A stretch of DNA of 64,000 bases from Sphaerodactylus townsendi (lineage: Eukaryota): positions 159,216,001-159,280,000 of the forward strand of contig NC_059426.1 in the NCBI RefSeq assembly GCF_021028975.2, read 5' to 3'. Both the position numbers and the translations under genes were made by a program. Below, piece by piece: positions 24,582 through 38,461 of the stretch; within the stretch, counting starts at the first letter, position 1, and the number at the start of each line of letters is the position of its first letter. Under the pieces are notes generated by a model. That model did no database searches. It saw only the letters and a list, made by a program, of their open reading frames with translations, and was not told the origin of the DNA.

Positions 24582-25201
24582 AACATAAGCCGCCCCTGAC
24601 AACTGCAGTTTCTATGGGAGGTGATCAGGCTACCACAGTCGATTCTGTAGAGATGACCAAAGTCCCGATTGCACCTCCGTCTCATCCAGCTCCTGTGCAT
24701 CAACCGCCACCTCTGCCTCATCGTCCGCCGCCGCCGCCCCCACCATCCAGTTACATAACTGGCATGTCCACAACCAACTCATACATGTCAGGGGAGGGAT
24801 ATCAGAGTCTTCAGTCAATGATGAAGACGGAAGCTCCCACCTACGGAGCTATGCCACCAAACTACGGACCTCCGGCTCACTTACCGTATCACCCTCATGT
24901 GTACCCTCCCAACCCTCCTCCGCCTGTTCCTCCTCCTCCACCCACAGCATTCCCCCCACCCTCTATTCCTCCTACTCCTGGCTATCCTCCTCCACCTACC
25001 TACAATCCTAACTTCCCACCCCCTCGATTGCCTCCCTCTCATGCTGTCCCACCACACCCACCTCCAGGACTAGGGATGCCACCGGCAAGCTATCCCCCTC
25101 CCACAGTGCCCCCTGGTGGACAACCTCCAGTACCACCTCCAATACCACCCCCTGGCATGCCCCCTGTAGCAGGACTTGGGCGGGCTAGTTGGATGAGATA
25201 G
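24582..25201 (+). CDS. CCNK: Cyclin K exon 11 (proline-rich C-terminus, stop)
   Basis: HKPPL...[18 protein letters not shown]...[18 protein letters not shown]. The joined CDS is 1755 nt, an open frame of 584 aa. Confidence 0.97.
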
Positions 25202-25846
25202 CAGTTGTACATACCAGTCAGGATAGCGAAGCAGCAACCAGCAGCAGTAGAGTCTGATACTGGTATGGAAATCTAGAAGGCAGTGGTGTAGAATCCTTGC
25301 TGGTCTGCTTACGTTTAGGTCACTAGAGAACAATACGGGCGTTTTTGTTTCAGTATTGCAAACTTTATTAAAATGCAAGTTGTTCCAAGTTTAATTCTAG
25401 CACTGGATTACTTTGCACTAGTACAAATGTTTTAAAAGCCATATTGGCTCAGTTATATTGGTAAGAAGAAAATTTCCTTCTAGAAATCAGTGCCTACTTT
25501 TTTGAATATCGAGATTTAGGATATCATTCCATCTGAGAAAAAGGAATTGTTCTGGTTTTCATTGCGTGATGTTCCGGCAACACTTTGTTGTAAGTATCAG
25601 AGCCACATTTATTTAATATATGAAGTCTGACAACCCATAGCTTTCCAACACCCCTTGCTGTTTGCCTTTTTGTCATTTTTGTTTTGGAATGTAATGGGAT
25701 CTTGACCTATAATGTATGTTTAAATCTATGTGCAAATTCCTGTACATAAATGACTATATTTTCTAAGTGTGGAAGTCTGAATGTAACAACATACTGTGAT
25801 TTACATCTTTGTTTTTAAAAAAGTTGAGTTTCTTGACATGCACATA

Positions 25847-25852
25847 AATAAA
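25847..25852 (+). terminator. CCNK: CCNK polyadenylation signal (proximal ATTAAA also at 25367)
   Basis: AATAAA at the end of an AU-rich 3'UTR, with upstream TGTA elements. Confidence 0.7.
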
Positions 25853-27149
25853 GCTGGTTCTGTAATCGGCAGTAGTGGAGGAAATGATGAATTTTAAATG
25901 TCTTAGCGTACATCAACAAGGTAATTTCCACAAGATCATGTGGAAACGTCCAGTTTGTTGAATATGAACTCTTAACCAAATTAAAGCTGGATTAAGGGAA
26001 TCCAAGGAAGTAGCTGTTGCGAGTTTTCCAGGCTGTGTGCCCATGGTCTGATAGAAGCATTAACACTTTAAAAAGTAACTAGTCACTGGATGGGGTGCCA
26101 TGTATCTGAAAACACTTAAGGGAATTAGTCACCTGTTAGCTAAAATATGTAATTTATCCTAAGGTTAGCCTCCATGTTGGAGAGCTGGTAAGTTACCAAT
26201 GTAGCACCAATTACATACATATATGCCTGTGTAATGGACCCCAAGGACACTGCAGTACTATATACTCATTTTCTCTGGGCGAAATAATGGGAAGTATTAA
26301 TATTATAAATGGCCCTCAGGGAAATCCCACCATGCTTTCATTCCACTGTATGGGAATTGCTTATTCTCAATAAACTTGGGTCATTGTTTTTAAAAAATCC
26401 TGATTTTCAGGATGGTTATTATTTGGGCAACATGTGCTCTCTGCTGCAATATTTTATTACTCATGGAAGCTTACAGGAAGCTTTATTAATAAAACAAATT
26501 CTAAAAAGGCAATTTAAAACTAGCATCAAGCTCAAGTCCAGAGCAACAGCAGGCTACTAAAATACTGTGCTGATCAGACCAGTAGCCTGAGCAGTAGATA
26601 CCAATAAAAATTAATAAGCTTTCTGAAATCTCTTATCCAGATGTTGGAATGGACTAAATGAGCATCTGGTGGGAGGCCACTCGACAGTCTGGGGGCACAT
26701 TTACTCCATAGCCTCTGTTTCATGGGCCCACTTGTAAAGGTACACAAAGCAAAAGGCCACAGTGGAAGACTTAAGGACCACAATTGGGCATGTCCTTCGG
26801 GATTCTGGTTACAGTTTTTAAAGGTCATCACCAGCACTTTTAATTTGTACTCAGCAACCAAAAGGCAGCTAATGGAGCACACAGAAAATGTGGCCCTGTT
26901 AGGAATATTACTGCTGTGCAGTTCTTACACACTTTTCAGAGGTCACCCCATACTAGAGATCAGTCATCCAATCTGATGTAAGATGTGTTAACAATGGCCA
27001 GATTGGATCTCCCCAGAAGCAATCTGATGCATCAGCTGCAGCAGTAAACTTGGAAAAAAATCTTTTCTGACCCCCTCTAGAAAACGTTCAGAAGCAGAGC
27101 TGAATTCAGGAGATTAGAGAAGCCCCTGGTAAAAGTAATAACAATTACA

Positions 27150-27395
27150 GTGTTGTGGGTTTTCCAGGTTGTATGGCCATGTTCCAGTAGCATTTTCTCC
27201 TGATGTTTCGCCTGCATCTGTGGCTGCCATCTTCAGAGGCTGCTACACATGAAGCCCACTGGGTGACCTCGGGCTAGTCACAGTTCTCTCAGCCTCACCT
27301 ACCTCCTAAGGTGTCTGTTGTGTGGAGGGGAAGGGAAGGCAATTGTGAGCCACTTTGTGTGGAGAAAAGCTGGGTATAAATCCAAATCCTTCTAT
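27150..27395. mobile_element. Penelope half-arm abutting a SINE 3' half
   Basis: 27150-27239 matches one arm of the fold-back family. It is followed directly by a SINE body and tail. Confidence 0.65.
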
Positions 27396-28372
27396 AAGCA
27401 TCCCCCGGTTCCCAGTCACTGCAAAACAAATACCTTCCACGCATTTTTCCTACGCCCTGAATTGTTTAATGTACACGTGTCAAACTTACACATGAAATGC
27501 AGAGTCCCTCTTCTGTGCAGGTGTTCTTGGTCTGCCATCAGATTGTTAGCAATCGTGCCAACAGTCAGGAGCAGAGAACTGGATTCAGCCCTCCTTGCAA
27601 AATGAATGATTGGCACTACTGCTGTTAAGCTGCCTGGGGCTTCACGTCCTTAGAACCAAACTGCATGACAATTTTTAACAAGCTGGCCCTGAGTTTTCCA
27701 GACCCTGCTGGCTCTCCCCAGAGCCACGCAGCAACTGCAGGGAGCTGCTTTTTAAAGAACCATGGCAGCGTTCAAAATGAGGCAAAAGAACTCTCCCCGC
27801 CCCTGGGACTTCAGTTTGGGACGACGGTGCTGGGTGGAAGCCTGGAGTCCCTCCCGCCACGCCACACTCCCAAGCCAAATTGGAGCCTTGCAGTCCTTTA
27901 AAAAACAGTTTCTCACATCTGTGGTGGGGAAAGTCTGTTGCATCTGGGAAATGCAGGTCCAACTAACTTTTTAAAAAAGCATAGTTCAGTCCTTACTCCT
28001 GCATTGGACTTTTAAACTCAGAGAAACAAATGTACATTACATATCTGCTTCTTCATGCAGCCAAGCACATATAAGTTTCCTTCCTTGGTTATAATAATCC
28101 CCATTGAACTGAATTGAGGGAGCAGGACAAGACTTGATGTGGAACCAGCAGCATGGCTTCTTCAAAGGGGAGCATTGCTTTACTAACCTTTTAACCTTCT
28201 GTCAAGGAGTCTTAAACACCATTTGCTGGGGGCAATCTGGCAGACTTCATAGGGTTTGATTTTCACAAAGCATTTTCCAAATGCTCTGTTACGACCTGTG
28301 AACTTAACTTCATATATTTTAATGCTGTATCAAAAATCCACAAGCATCACAGCTCAGTTACAAAGAATGTAC

Positions 28373-28378
28373 TTTATT
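28373..28378 (-). terminator. CCDC85C: Probable CCDC85C distal polyA signal
   Basis: Minus-strand AATAAA with a downstream GU-rich tract, closing a TE-poor U-rich region (about 28.35-30 kb). Confidence 0.55.
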
Positions 28379-30158
28379 TTCTTCAACTGAATGTATACAC
28401 TATCACAATCTCTTACTTAATTTTTACTAAAATATCTCAAAATGAAGGTTTTACACACTTATCAAAAAATCTGCGTACATTTCTCTCCTCCCCCGCCCTC
28501 CCCCAAAAGCAAAAAAAATGATTCAGTAAAAGGTATAAACATATGCTAAGCTCTAAAGACATTGCTTATATACATGAGCAGAGGTGCTAATTTATTCCAG
28601 TTCTTCTATTCATCAGTCATATACAGAAAATATAGTGGGGGTTGTAAAATCACAGGTTTAACAGAAATCATAATTTCATACTGATTTCCAAAAGCAGCAC
28701 AAATAGACTTTCCCCCCACATTATGAAAAATATACAATTTTTATCACTTTACAGTCATGCACTATGTTTGAAAAAAGATCAGTAGTACTTTCCCCCTCCC
28801 GCTTCTAAAAAGATAAAAGGTCACTTTAAAACACTGATTTTATAGCTATCATTTGGCTAAAGATGTGCCATTCTGAAACAAGGTTGTGCTCTTTTCTTTT
28901 TTTACCAAGGTGCAGAGGGGCCACCTGAGGTTTGTTACACCACCATTTTCATTTTTAAAACTGTGAAAGGGGGGGGGGGGGTCCACAGCTTTATCCTGCA
29001 GTTTTTGGGCAGATACACGTCCATTGGAACGCCAGCATACTTTAGGGGTATAAGCTTTTGAAAACAGATCGGAGGCTTCCATAAATGGGGTTGAAGAAAC
29101 CCCCTTTTTCCCACAAGAATGTTGCCGATGGCTGGGGGTCTTTCCAGAATAATATACCCTGCATTTTAGGGAGCTGCAGCAGGAAGAAGGGAATATGAAG
29201 AAATCCCCTCACCCCATGACTTTTTGTTTGGTTACGAGAGCTTCCTCCACTAGTGCAAGAAGTTAAGTGAGCTGTCTGTCATTCTAGTCACCGCAGCCTC
29301 CAGTGGTAGATGAGTCTGGAATATCTTTCAACTCTCCCTTGCAGTTTTTTTTTTGGGGGGGGGGGGGCACAGAAAGCTGTTAGGGGGTGGAGGTGGTTAA
29401 AAATCTCTTTTGCAAATGTGCTCCATTCACAGAAGCTTGCCTTATTCTTCAAGATGTGAAGTAGATTGTGGGTTGTTGGGGTTTTTTTGAACTGTCAATT
29501 TTAAAAAATGACCTTTGTTTTTATGGGGGAGGAGGATTTCCCCGAGCCAAATATGCGGACTTTCAGGTGGGTTTTCTTTTCTTTTTACTTGAGAGCACAG
29601 TTAAGAGTGGCTTCCAACGCGCCTAAAACTTTTCCTTTAGACAACTGAAATTTCAGCACCCAAGTCATACTGTAAAGTCATTGAGTGTCATTTGTTTTTT
29701 TTTAAACATGAGGAAGACTCTGGTTTTAGCTCAGCTCGAGCTAAATATAAGGTAAGAATTTAAAAAAATTACAGCACTACATATGTAAACTCTACCACGG
29801 ATGTTTTGTATTTGGGTGTGACTTATGTTTTCACATGTGGAAGATACTTAACTTTGAGTTGCAGATATGACCACAGAACTGCATTTTGCTGTGTACTTGG
29901 GGAGCGCTGTTTTTGTGAATGTGGTTCAGGCATTTCTGCTTTTGTGGTCTTATTAAATTCTGTATTTTAGCACAGGGGTCTCTCATACCAGATTTCCCCT
30001 TTCCCGTCAGATTTAAAATCTCTTTACAAAGTCAAAATGTAGGTAGGTACGTGTCCTATTGAATCCATGTTGTCAACTGACATCTCTGCTCCACCAAAAC
30101 ATCTGGGCCAGGAGCCCTGATTGAAGGATCACGCTTTCCCCTACATGCATCAAAGTTG

Positions 30159-30448
30159 AAAGCCAATGTGGTGTAATGGTTAAGGGTGGTGGATGTGAAT
30201 ATGATGAACTGGGTTTGCTTCCCCACTCCTCCACATGAGCAGCTGACTCTGATCTGGAGAACCAGGTTTGTTTCCTCACTCCTTCACATGAAGCCTGCTG
30301 GGTGACCTTGGGCCAGTCACAGAACTCTCTCAGCCCCACCTACCTCACAAGGCGCCTGTTGTAGGGAGGGGAAGGGAAGGTGATTGGGAGCTGCTTTCAG
30401 ACTCCTAATATGTAAAGAAAAGCAGAGTATAAAAACCAACTCTTCTTC
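30159..30448 (+). mobile_element. tRNA-derived squamate SINE
   Basis: Same structure as 19984-20267. Confidence 0.85.
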
Positions 30449-31109
30449 GTCCAGTTTCTCCTTTTCACTGCAGTTCCTTCGGCTGCACTGAGGATTGTTA
30501 TAGAAAGATCTTTGACTTTTCAGAACAGGTTTTCAGAGGGTGGCACATTAAGGAAGGGTTTGCGACTGAAGCATATCAGAATTTCTACTGCAGATCTTTG
30601 GATCCTTTCCCCCCATGGTTGTTTTATAGATTCTAGGCTTATTTGAAGTAGGGGTGGGAGCTACACTCCACAGGGAGCAATTATGAAACGTTTTCTAGTT
30701 AATTTCACATTTCCCTACAGGAGGCTACATTTCTGCATAAATAACACTCCTAATTTTTTGAACAACCTGGTCCTGTGATGGAATAATCACTGGCATCTCT
30801 GCTCATCACTTAAAAATGCTTCAAATGATCCCAGAGGACCGCTCCCAGCTATCGTTTTAAAAGGTTCGGCAAATAGGAGGATCAAAGCAAATCTACGGCA
30901 ATCTTAAAACATCAAGAAAGGAAAGCTGAGGCTTTCTCTGTGCCTTGCGGAGCTAGTCACGCCCTTCTACCTCTTCATCTGAACACAGGAGAGAGGACAC
31001 AGATAGAAGCGTATGGGAAAAGAATGCGAGCAGAATAACAACAGGCCAAAGAAAGATCCTATACTGTACTGAGAAGGAATCTGGAATACTAACAGAGGTC
31101 ACTGGGGTT

Positions 31110-31310
31110 GGAAGAAGAGGAGTTGGTTTTTATACCTTGCTTCTCTCCACCTTTAAGGAGTTTCAAAGCAGCTTACAATCCCCTCCCCACTGGAGACACC
31201 TTGTGAAGCAGGTGGGGCTGAGAGAACTGTGACTAGTCCAAGGTTACCCAGCAGGCTTTGTGGGGAGGGGTGGGGAAATCAAACTCAGTTCTCCCGATCA
31301 CAGTCCTCTT
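31110..31310 (-). mobile_element. tRNA-derived squamate SINE (partial)
   Basis: Reverse complement of the SINE body and tail. Confidence 0.7.
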
Positions 31311-32174
31311 CAACACAACATCTCGCAGGCATGTTGTTTCAGAGTGCCAGAAGTGGTATGAAAGAACCATTGCTGCCCATGATTTCTGCCCTCGTGCCAT
31401 TATCGTCCCTGGCAAACTGGCTATGCATCTTTAAGGAAACCTTTGAAAAATGACAGCAGCAGGTGACATGGAACAGAAGCACGTCTATGTCACAGAAGAA
31501 TAAATGCCTCTGTCTTACTGGTTTCTCCATTCTTAAAACTTCTTCTGTCTCCAGCCAAACTGGACTGTAGTGTAAGCTAGATTTTGTTGTTTTGTTCACT
31601 TCTCAATTCAACCGCAGTGAGCCCTCAACGGTTAGCAAATTCAGTGGAGGAAGCGGGACCAGATCTGCAGGCCCGTCATCTTCCCCACGCCAAGAACAAA
31701 AAAGATATTTGCAAAACGACTGACCAGATAGGACTCAAGAAGACTTGAGATCCAACTTTGATAGTCTTTGCTGCCTATTTCCTGTGTCTGCTGCTATGAC
31801 TGATATAAAGCATGAAGGACACCTATGCAGAGAGATGCAATAGTGGATGCATGCCAAGCTGTGTCATCAATCTTAGTTCTGCATCATGCATCCACTGCAT
31901 CCCAAGTTGTGTGGACGCCTGTTGGTCCTCAGTCTGAAAATGCTGAACCCAGTTGCCTTGTCCATGGTGAACTGGCTCCAACATACATCCCTGAGCTTCT
32001 ATCAGCTTCACTCTCCAGAGGGAGAACCATTCGCTTAAACAGGCTTCTTCTGCTGCTATAGCCATTATTTTAAAAGATTACCTCCAGTGGATCTGGAAAT
32101 AACTAAGGTCAGCTGCTTTGCTTTGTGTTTTGCTTTATTGATCACTGACAACCTTGTCTGTGCAGTATGTCATC

Positions 32175-32335
32175 AAGTGGCAGGAGGTTTATGGTGACGC
32201 CAGCAATGGGCTTTCAAGGCAAATGAGAAGCAGAGGGGGTTGGCCGTTGCCTTCCTTTGCAGAGACTCCCTCGTGGTTTCCCTTCCAAATGCCGACCCTG
32301 CTTAGCTTCCAAGACCTGACGAGATCAGGCTACAT
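32175..32335 (-). mobile_element. 5S rRNA-derived SINE
   Basis: Minus strand GCCTGATCTCGTCAGGTCTTGGAAGCTAAGCAGGGTCGG resembles the 5S internal region and is fused to a SINE body. Confidence 0.65.
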
Positions 32336-32803
32336 TATTCCACCTTCCCTCTTGTTATAATATTCTTACTGTTAGGTTAATTACATCTCTTTGTCTAAAA
32401 AAAACACATTTGTAATTCCTTCGCCTCCCGTATTTGTTTCTATCGTTTCTTTTGCTGAGTTGAACTTTTGTCTCGAGTAAGGATCTGTTGTTCTAACAGT
32501 ATGATAAATAAAGCACAGGAGGCGGAATTCACGGTGTTGACCCGCGGGGAAAGAGGCCCCCAGATATAAGTTGCAAAGCCAAGCTGTTGCAGCCTGAGTT
32601 GTTCCAGAGCCTGATGAGTTAAGAGCCCCTTTGGAAAGCACGGCAGGGGAATAGCCTTGACTTGCCACCACCTCATGGGGGCAGGGAGAGAAAGAGGGAC
32701 TGGGCAATTCCTAATGATTTGAACTTGGGATCTCTCATTCATTGCTCCCCATGGGAAGAGGAGGAGAGGGAGAGGGGACACAGAAATCTTGCATGCTCTA
32801 GAC

Positions 32804-32936
32804 CCGTGGTGGCAAACCTTTGGCACTCCAGATGTTATGGACTACAATTCCCATCAGCCCCAATTGGCCATGCTGTCAGGAGCTGATGGGAATTGTAGTC
32901 CATAACATCTGGAGTGCCAAAGGTTCGCCACCACTG
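32804..32936. mobile_element. Palindromic hAT MITE (in the CCDC85C 3'UTR)
   Basis: TSD CTCTAGAC, about 55-bp inverted arms. Confidence 0.9.
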
Positions 32937-34815
32937 CTCTAGACCAATTTCTCCCTGAGGACAATCCCAGGATGTAACTCATATTGAAATATATCCAGCG
33001 TCTGAGGATGGGATTACCCTGTAAATCCAACGAGGAAGGCAAAGCCCATATTTAAGGAGCAAGTAATATAGGAGCAGCATCTACAAAAGAGGGAGATATA
33101 CTGGATAGCTTTTGAGAGAACGTCTCCAACTATTTACCTATGGGCTGGAGATCTATGTATAGTACTCGATATTAGTAAACACCAATCTAGAGCATCCACC
33201 TAGTTTTACTGGTCCAACCAACTGCACCATTCTGAAGCAGTTGTAATATGCCAGCTGGAGCCTGGAACTAATAACAACAACAACAATTTAAAGCAAACTT
33301 CCAAAGAGGGAGCATGAAGCCTACGGGCTCCTCTGGTAAAAATTATTTCATAGACATGGGATTTAATAGATGGTTCTGCAACAGTTTAAGGGAAGCTTAT
33401 GAATATTCAGTGATTAGACGAGACTGGGAAAGGGGATTGAAATCTTGCTTGGGGGTTACAAAAAGAACTGCTCCATTGTAACAGAATGTCAGCCCACCAT
33501 TCAAAGGAAAAAAAATGGAATGGCGGCAGCAGTTCTGGCTGCAGCTTGGATGACTATCACCTCAGCTTGCAATCACTGAATTGTGTGTATCGTTTCAGTG
33601 ACGACATGATTGATTGGAACTCTCTGTGTGTCGGCTCTTCATGTCACCGTTGTCATATAAAGGACTGAACATTACAAGAGCAGGTCCCGAGGAACGCTAA
33701 AAGACCATTTCGCGTGTCTCTCTTTCTTTTCAACAGGGATTTAACTTCTGCACAAACAAAGAAACACTCATGTAAGCTGGAGAGTGATTTAAAGGAAGAC
33801 AAATTTCCAGCAGCCGAAGGGGTAACGTTAATAGAAGCATAGAAAGGTTAATTTTGACCCGAGGGGGCAAGGATCGTAAGCGCACCTGGAAGTACTTCCT
33901 TTTACGACACAACTTTTAAGAGGCACAGGAGCCGTGTCATTCTTTGTAACAGCCTCCACTGTCCACTTGTGAGGGGAAGTTGCGTAAGGGAGTATTTTGT
34001 TGAGGCCATGCATACTTGGAAAGCTGTGGAGTTTTAATTGCATGAAAACAGACTGGTTATGCAAGACGGGGTTTTCTTCACACAAGTGGCTCGCTCTCAT
34101 GTGGAAAGTGCCACGTGTGCCACATGTTTGCATATAAAACAGCTGCGGCTCAGACCTTTTAAACTTGTGGCCCATCTAGTTGAAGAGGGCTCAGCAACCA
34201 CACACTTTGGCCTGCCAGACACCCGACCAACTCCTTGCTTCTCAGCTGTGTCTGCTGTTGTTTTGGGCTGTCCTAGACAAGAAGTAAACACAGGATGTTC
34301 GCCGAACGCCGGACAGGCTACAGGACTAACGTCTGGCTTGATGGGTCAGAAACCTCAGCCAAAGATCTCAGGACAGAGAATCGCCCTTAAAAGCGGTCCA
34401 ATTTCCGTGTTTTCATTTTGTTGGGTGTTCCCCCAAACCACGCTGTGAGCGAGTGGCTGGGTTGTAACATGGTTAAACAGGTCAAAGCCAGACAGTGTAA
34501 CCTCTGCCACAGGTTCCTTGATTTTTCCTCCTAGGAATTCACTTGGGTTTAGGTGTTGTCTACATTGGACCGCACAACAAAAGCAGGTTTTTCACTACGA
34601 CACGACTGATACAAGTTTGCCATTAGAGGATAGTTATTCACTCATTTAAACATTGTTAGGGATCAGCACAGCCTCCAGGCTACGCCTTCAGCTGCCTTAT
34701 TTACACTATAAACAGTTAACAGGACAGAAAATATATATAACCCTGGCAGCCAGAAGAAGAGCAGTCTCTCGTGTCTCGTCTTCTTTTCATTCCCAGCCTG
34801 GCAGGAAGGGGGCTC

Positions 34816-34935
<120 letters not shown>

Positions 34936-35207
34936 TTAATAAATAGTCCCTACAGTAGCTAGACGTTGCAATTCCAAGGAAATCCTGCAACAGAGTTGAG
35001 ATTTCTCTTTGATCCACTAGATGGCACTCAATCTCCGAGATAACTTGGCTAATTTTCTTTTAAAATGCTGATCCTATTAAAGCCCTCTGAAATTAGAACG
35101 AGAGACATGCCTTAGGTAATGGTATCAAACCAGTAAGTTGGGCTCAGTTCAGTACGAGGTCAGCTGCTGGGAAAATTCCCCAAAATTGTATTCCCTTCCA
35201 TCAAATT

Positions 35208-35523
35208 ATAGAATCAGAGAGATAGAAGAGACCCCCAAGGGCCATCAAGTCCAACCCCCTGCAATGCAGGAATACACAATCAAACCACTCCTGACAGATG
35301 GCCATCCAGCCTCTCTTTAAAAACCTCCAAAGAAGGAGACTCCACCACACCCCAAGGCAGTGCATTCCACTGTCAAACAGCCCTTACTGTCAGGTAGTTT
35401 TTCCTGATGTTTAGGTGGAATCTCTTTTCCTTCACCTTGAACCCATGACTCCTGGTCCTAGTCTCTGGAGCAGCAGAAAACAAGCTTGCTCCCTCACCAA
35501 CATGACATCCCTTCAAATATCTA
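35208..35523 (-). mobile_element. CR1 LINE 3' end
   Basis: YLKGCHVGEGASLFSAAPETRTRSHGFKV... plus TTCTA-type tail. Same subfamily as 62225-62697. Confidence 0.85.
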
Positions 35524-36268
35524 CAAATGTTAGTAGTGAAGCAAGGGGTGGGTGGGGGAAGCAATTGCACTTCACATACTAGGGTCTCTTGCAGTATAAT
35601 TTGTGAATGCTTAAAGCATAGCAGAAATGCAGCAAGGCCCCAAAGCTAACCACAGACTTCTCTGGATTTGCGGTGCTCCTCCCCCCCCCCCCCAATTAAG
35701 AACATACTTCTGCCTTGGCCATAAGAACATAGGAATAGTGTTGCCGAATCAGACCACGTCCACCTAGTACAGCTTCCTGCTCCACAAGAGGCCAACTATT
35801 TCCTCCAAATGTCCAACAACAGGGCATAGAGTGCTGCGGCCTCCTGGCACTGGGATTTAGAGGTGGAATGCCTCTGAATGTGAAGGTTCCCGTTAGTCAC
35901 CATGGCTAGTAACCATGGATAGACTTGCCCTCCATGAATCTGTCGAACCCTCTTGGCTGTGGCAATCACTACACAGGAGCCAACACGGTGTAGTGGTTAA
36001 GAGAAATGGACTCTAACCTGGAGAACCGGGTTTGATTCCCTGCTGCTCCACATAAAGCCTGTGGGGTGACCTTGGGCTAGTCACAGTTCTCGCTGAACTC
36101 TGTCAGGGACACCTACCTCACAAGTTCTCCCTGAACTCTCTCAGGGACACTGGCACTGGCAGGGCAGATCATCAAGGGGCAACCTTGATGATAGCTTTGA
36201 GGGGCTGAATAGTCCACACTGTGCAACCTCAATAGAAAAAGTGTTTGGAATCCTAAAATCCCCTAGAG

Positions 36269-36695
36269 CAGTGGTGTCAAACCTATGGCACGGGTGCCAG
36301 AGGTGGCACTCAGAGCCCTCTCTGTGGGCACGCGCGCCCAGAGTTCATTATGGGGGGAGTTCATCATGGGGGGGGGTGGAAAATCACCCCCCCACACACA
36401 CACACACATCTAGGCTGGCCTGGGCACGATCTTTTACCTGGGAGTAAGCTCAGTTGCTGGCAACGGGGCTTGCTTCTGAGTAAACCCTCCTAGGGTCATG
36501 ATTCACCCATTCAAAGCATTGCACGGTTGCTTCACCAAGCTTACTCCTGAGTAACGTACACCCTGGAGCCAACTGTTTTTTCTAAACTAAAACCTCAGTA
36601 TTCAGGTTAAATTGCCGTGTTGGCACTTTGCAATAAATAAGTGGGTTTTGGGTTGCAATTTGGGCACTTGGTCTGGAAAAGGTTCGCCATCACTG
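36269..36695. mobile_element. Non-autonomous hAT-Charlie transposon
   Basis: TIRs CAGTGGTGTCAAACCT / AGGTTCGCCATCACTG, perfect TSD CCCTAGAG. Confidence 0.9.
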
Positions 36696-38461
36696 CCCTA
36701 GAGTGTTCTGGAATAAAGTAGGATTCAATTAGACTCCTGGGGGTGGGGACCAGTTTAACCAGACCTCCTCTTCTGTAGGGGCTTCTAGTCACATTGATGT
36801 TGGCTTTCAGTATGTAGTGTACAGATGATGGCTCAGGGTTGAAACTCGAGCCTTGAAAATCAACCTTTCCTCAAAGGCTCCATTCAAAAAATTAAGCCCA
36901 AGGTGTGACCTCCTCCTTGCATTGGGCCAGCCACAATTTAGGAGAAACCCAAGCCAGATAAAGCATTTACACCCCAACTTTCCCTTTGGCTTAGGCTTGA
37001 AGCCGGCCTCAGGGCCAATGAAGTGACGGGGATTGTAAACCGCTTTGAGGTTTCCTTAGAGAAAAGCGGGGTACAAAAACCAAATTTTCCCTTCTTTTTC
37101 TACCTCCTCTGCCAGCAAGTTCCACATTTTAATCACCCTCTGGGCAAAGAAGTAAAAGCACGCCATGTGCTTCCCTCTTCTAATCCCCACTTTGTGCCAG
37201 TACAACGAATACTGAATAGCAGGGAGGTTTCATTAGGAATGGCAGCATGCCAGAGCCCAACTTGACGGGCACTTTAAACAGACCTGAGCTCCAGGAAGCA
37301 GCCCAGTTTGCAAAGACTGAGGAAAACTCTGTTCTGCAGGTCTCATTTCCAAGACCACAAACAAGGAAGTATCCACAATGTCCTTGAGAAAACTGTTTCA
37401 CTGTAAAATACCTGGCTCCTTCCAGGCTGTGCAAACAACTTTTGTTTTTGTTTTAAAGAAACTGAGCGACCAAGGTGTGGTCTTCGATTTCTACCTGCAA
37501 GGTGGCCATTTTGAAAGACAGCAAGATTTGGTTGTCGCACAAAAATCCACATCCTGCAGGGGGATTAAACGCAGCGATCGCAACACAGGACTTGCTGCCG
37601 GGCTGACATAAAACCACCTGGGTTTCAGGGGAATGTTCTACTGTGGGTTTTTAGCATACGTTTTTCCGTGTGTTCTGGTCTTTATGAGATGAGAAACATC
37701 GTACCTCTTCTGTCTCGTCAGAGGGCCTTCTGTTTATGACTAACTTCCCTACAGCATCCCACAAACCCACAAAGTTCACAAATTACATGGCTCAGTGGTG
37801 TCTCACTCGTCCTTTTTAACTAGACAGGCAGTAGGGTCTAAACCACAAATTCTACTAGGGTGGCTGTAAGTGCTACATAACGATGCCACTGGACTTCTCT
37901 GAAGACGGCCAGGATTCTCCATGTCAACGGTACAGGCCTTGAGCAGTTAAAAACGAGAAACACCTTCTTACGACAGCTGCGTGATAAAGTATGGACACGC
38001 TCAAAATGGACGTCATGAGATGTGATTCTAAATAAACATAGAATCAGGCTGCAACTGTGCATCGCAAGGCAGGCTTTTGACCTCCTTAAAAAAATAACTA
38101 GACACTTGTGCCACAGAGAATGCCATTAGTCAGTTTCAAAAGTAGTTTATGTGTAAGTCACTGGATCACCCATCTGCTTAGTGTGTATATACCAAGCTTG
38201 CAATGGCCGGGTCTGGGTCTGGGAAATCTGAGCTTCTCCCATTAGCCTTTTTAAATGGAGAAAGCTTATCCATGTGCGTATTCCTTTGCATAACGTAACT
38301 AGCTTCCTTCACTGAAATGGCTGGGGGAATGGTCCATTGGATACTTACCGTGAAAGGCCTTTCTACTGGTAGGCTAGGAGGACATCTTGTGTGGAGAAGA
38401 CACCCCACACAAGGTGCCCTCCGCCTCCATGTGCCTTTCCTTTTAAGGAATTGGTGTTTAA

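Noticed and set aside
34038-34448. 136-aa + strand ORF
   Set aside because: Antisense to the CCDC85C 3'UTR, with no recognisable homology or exon context.
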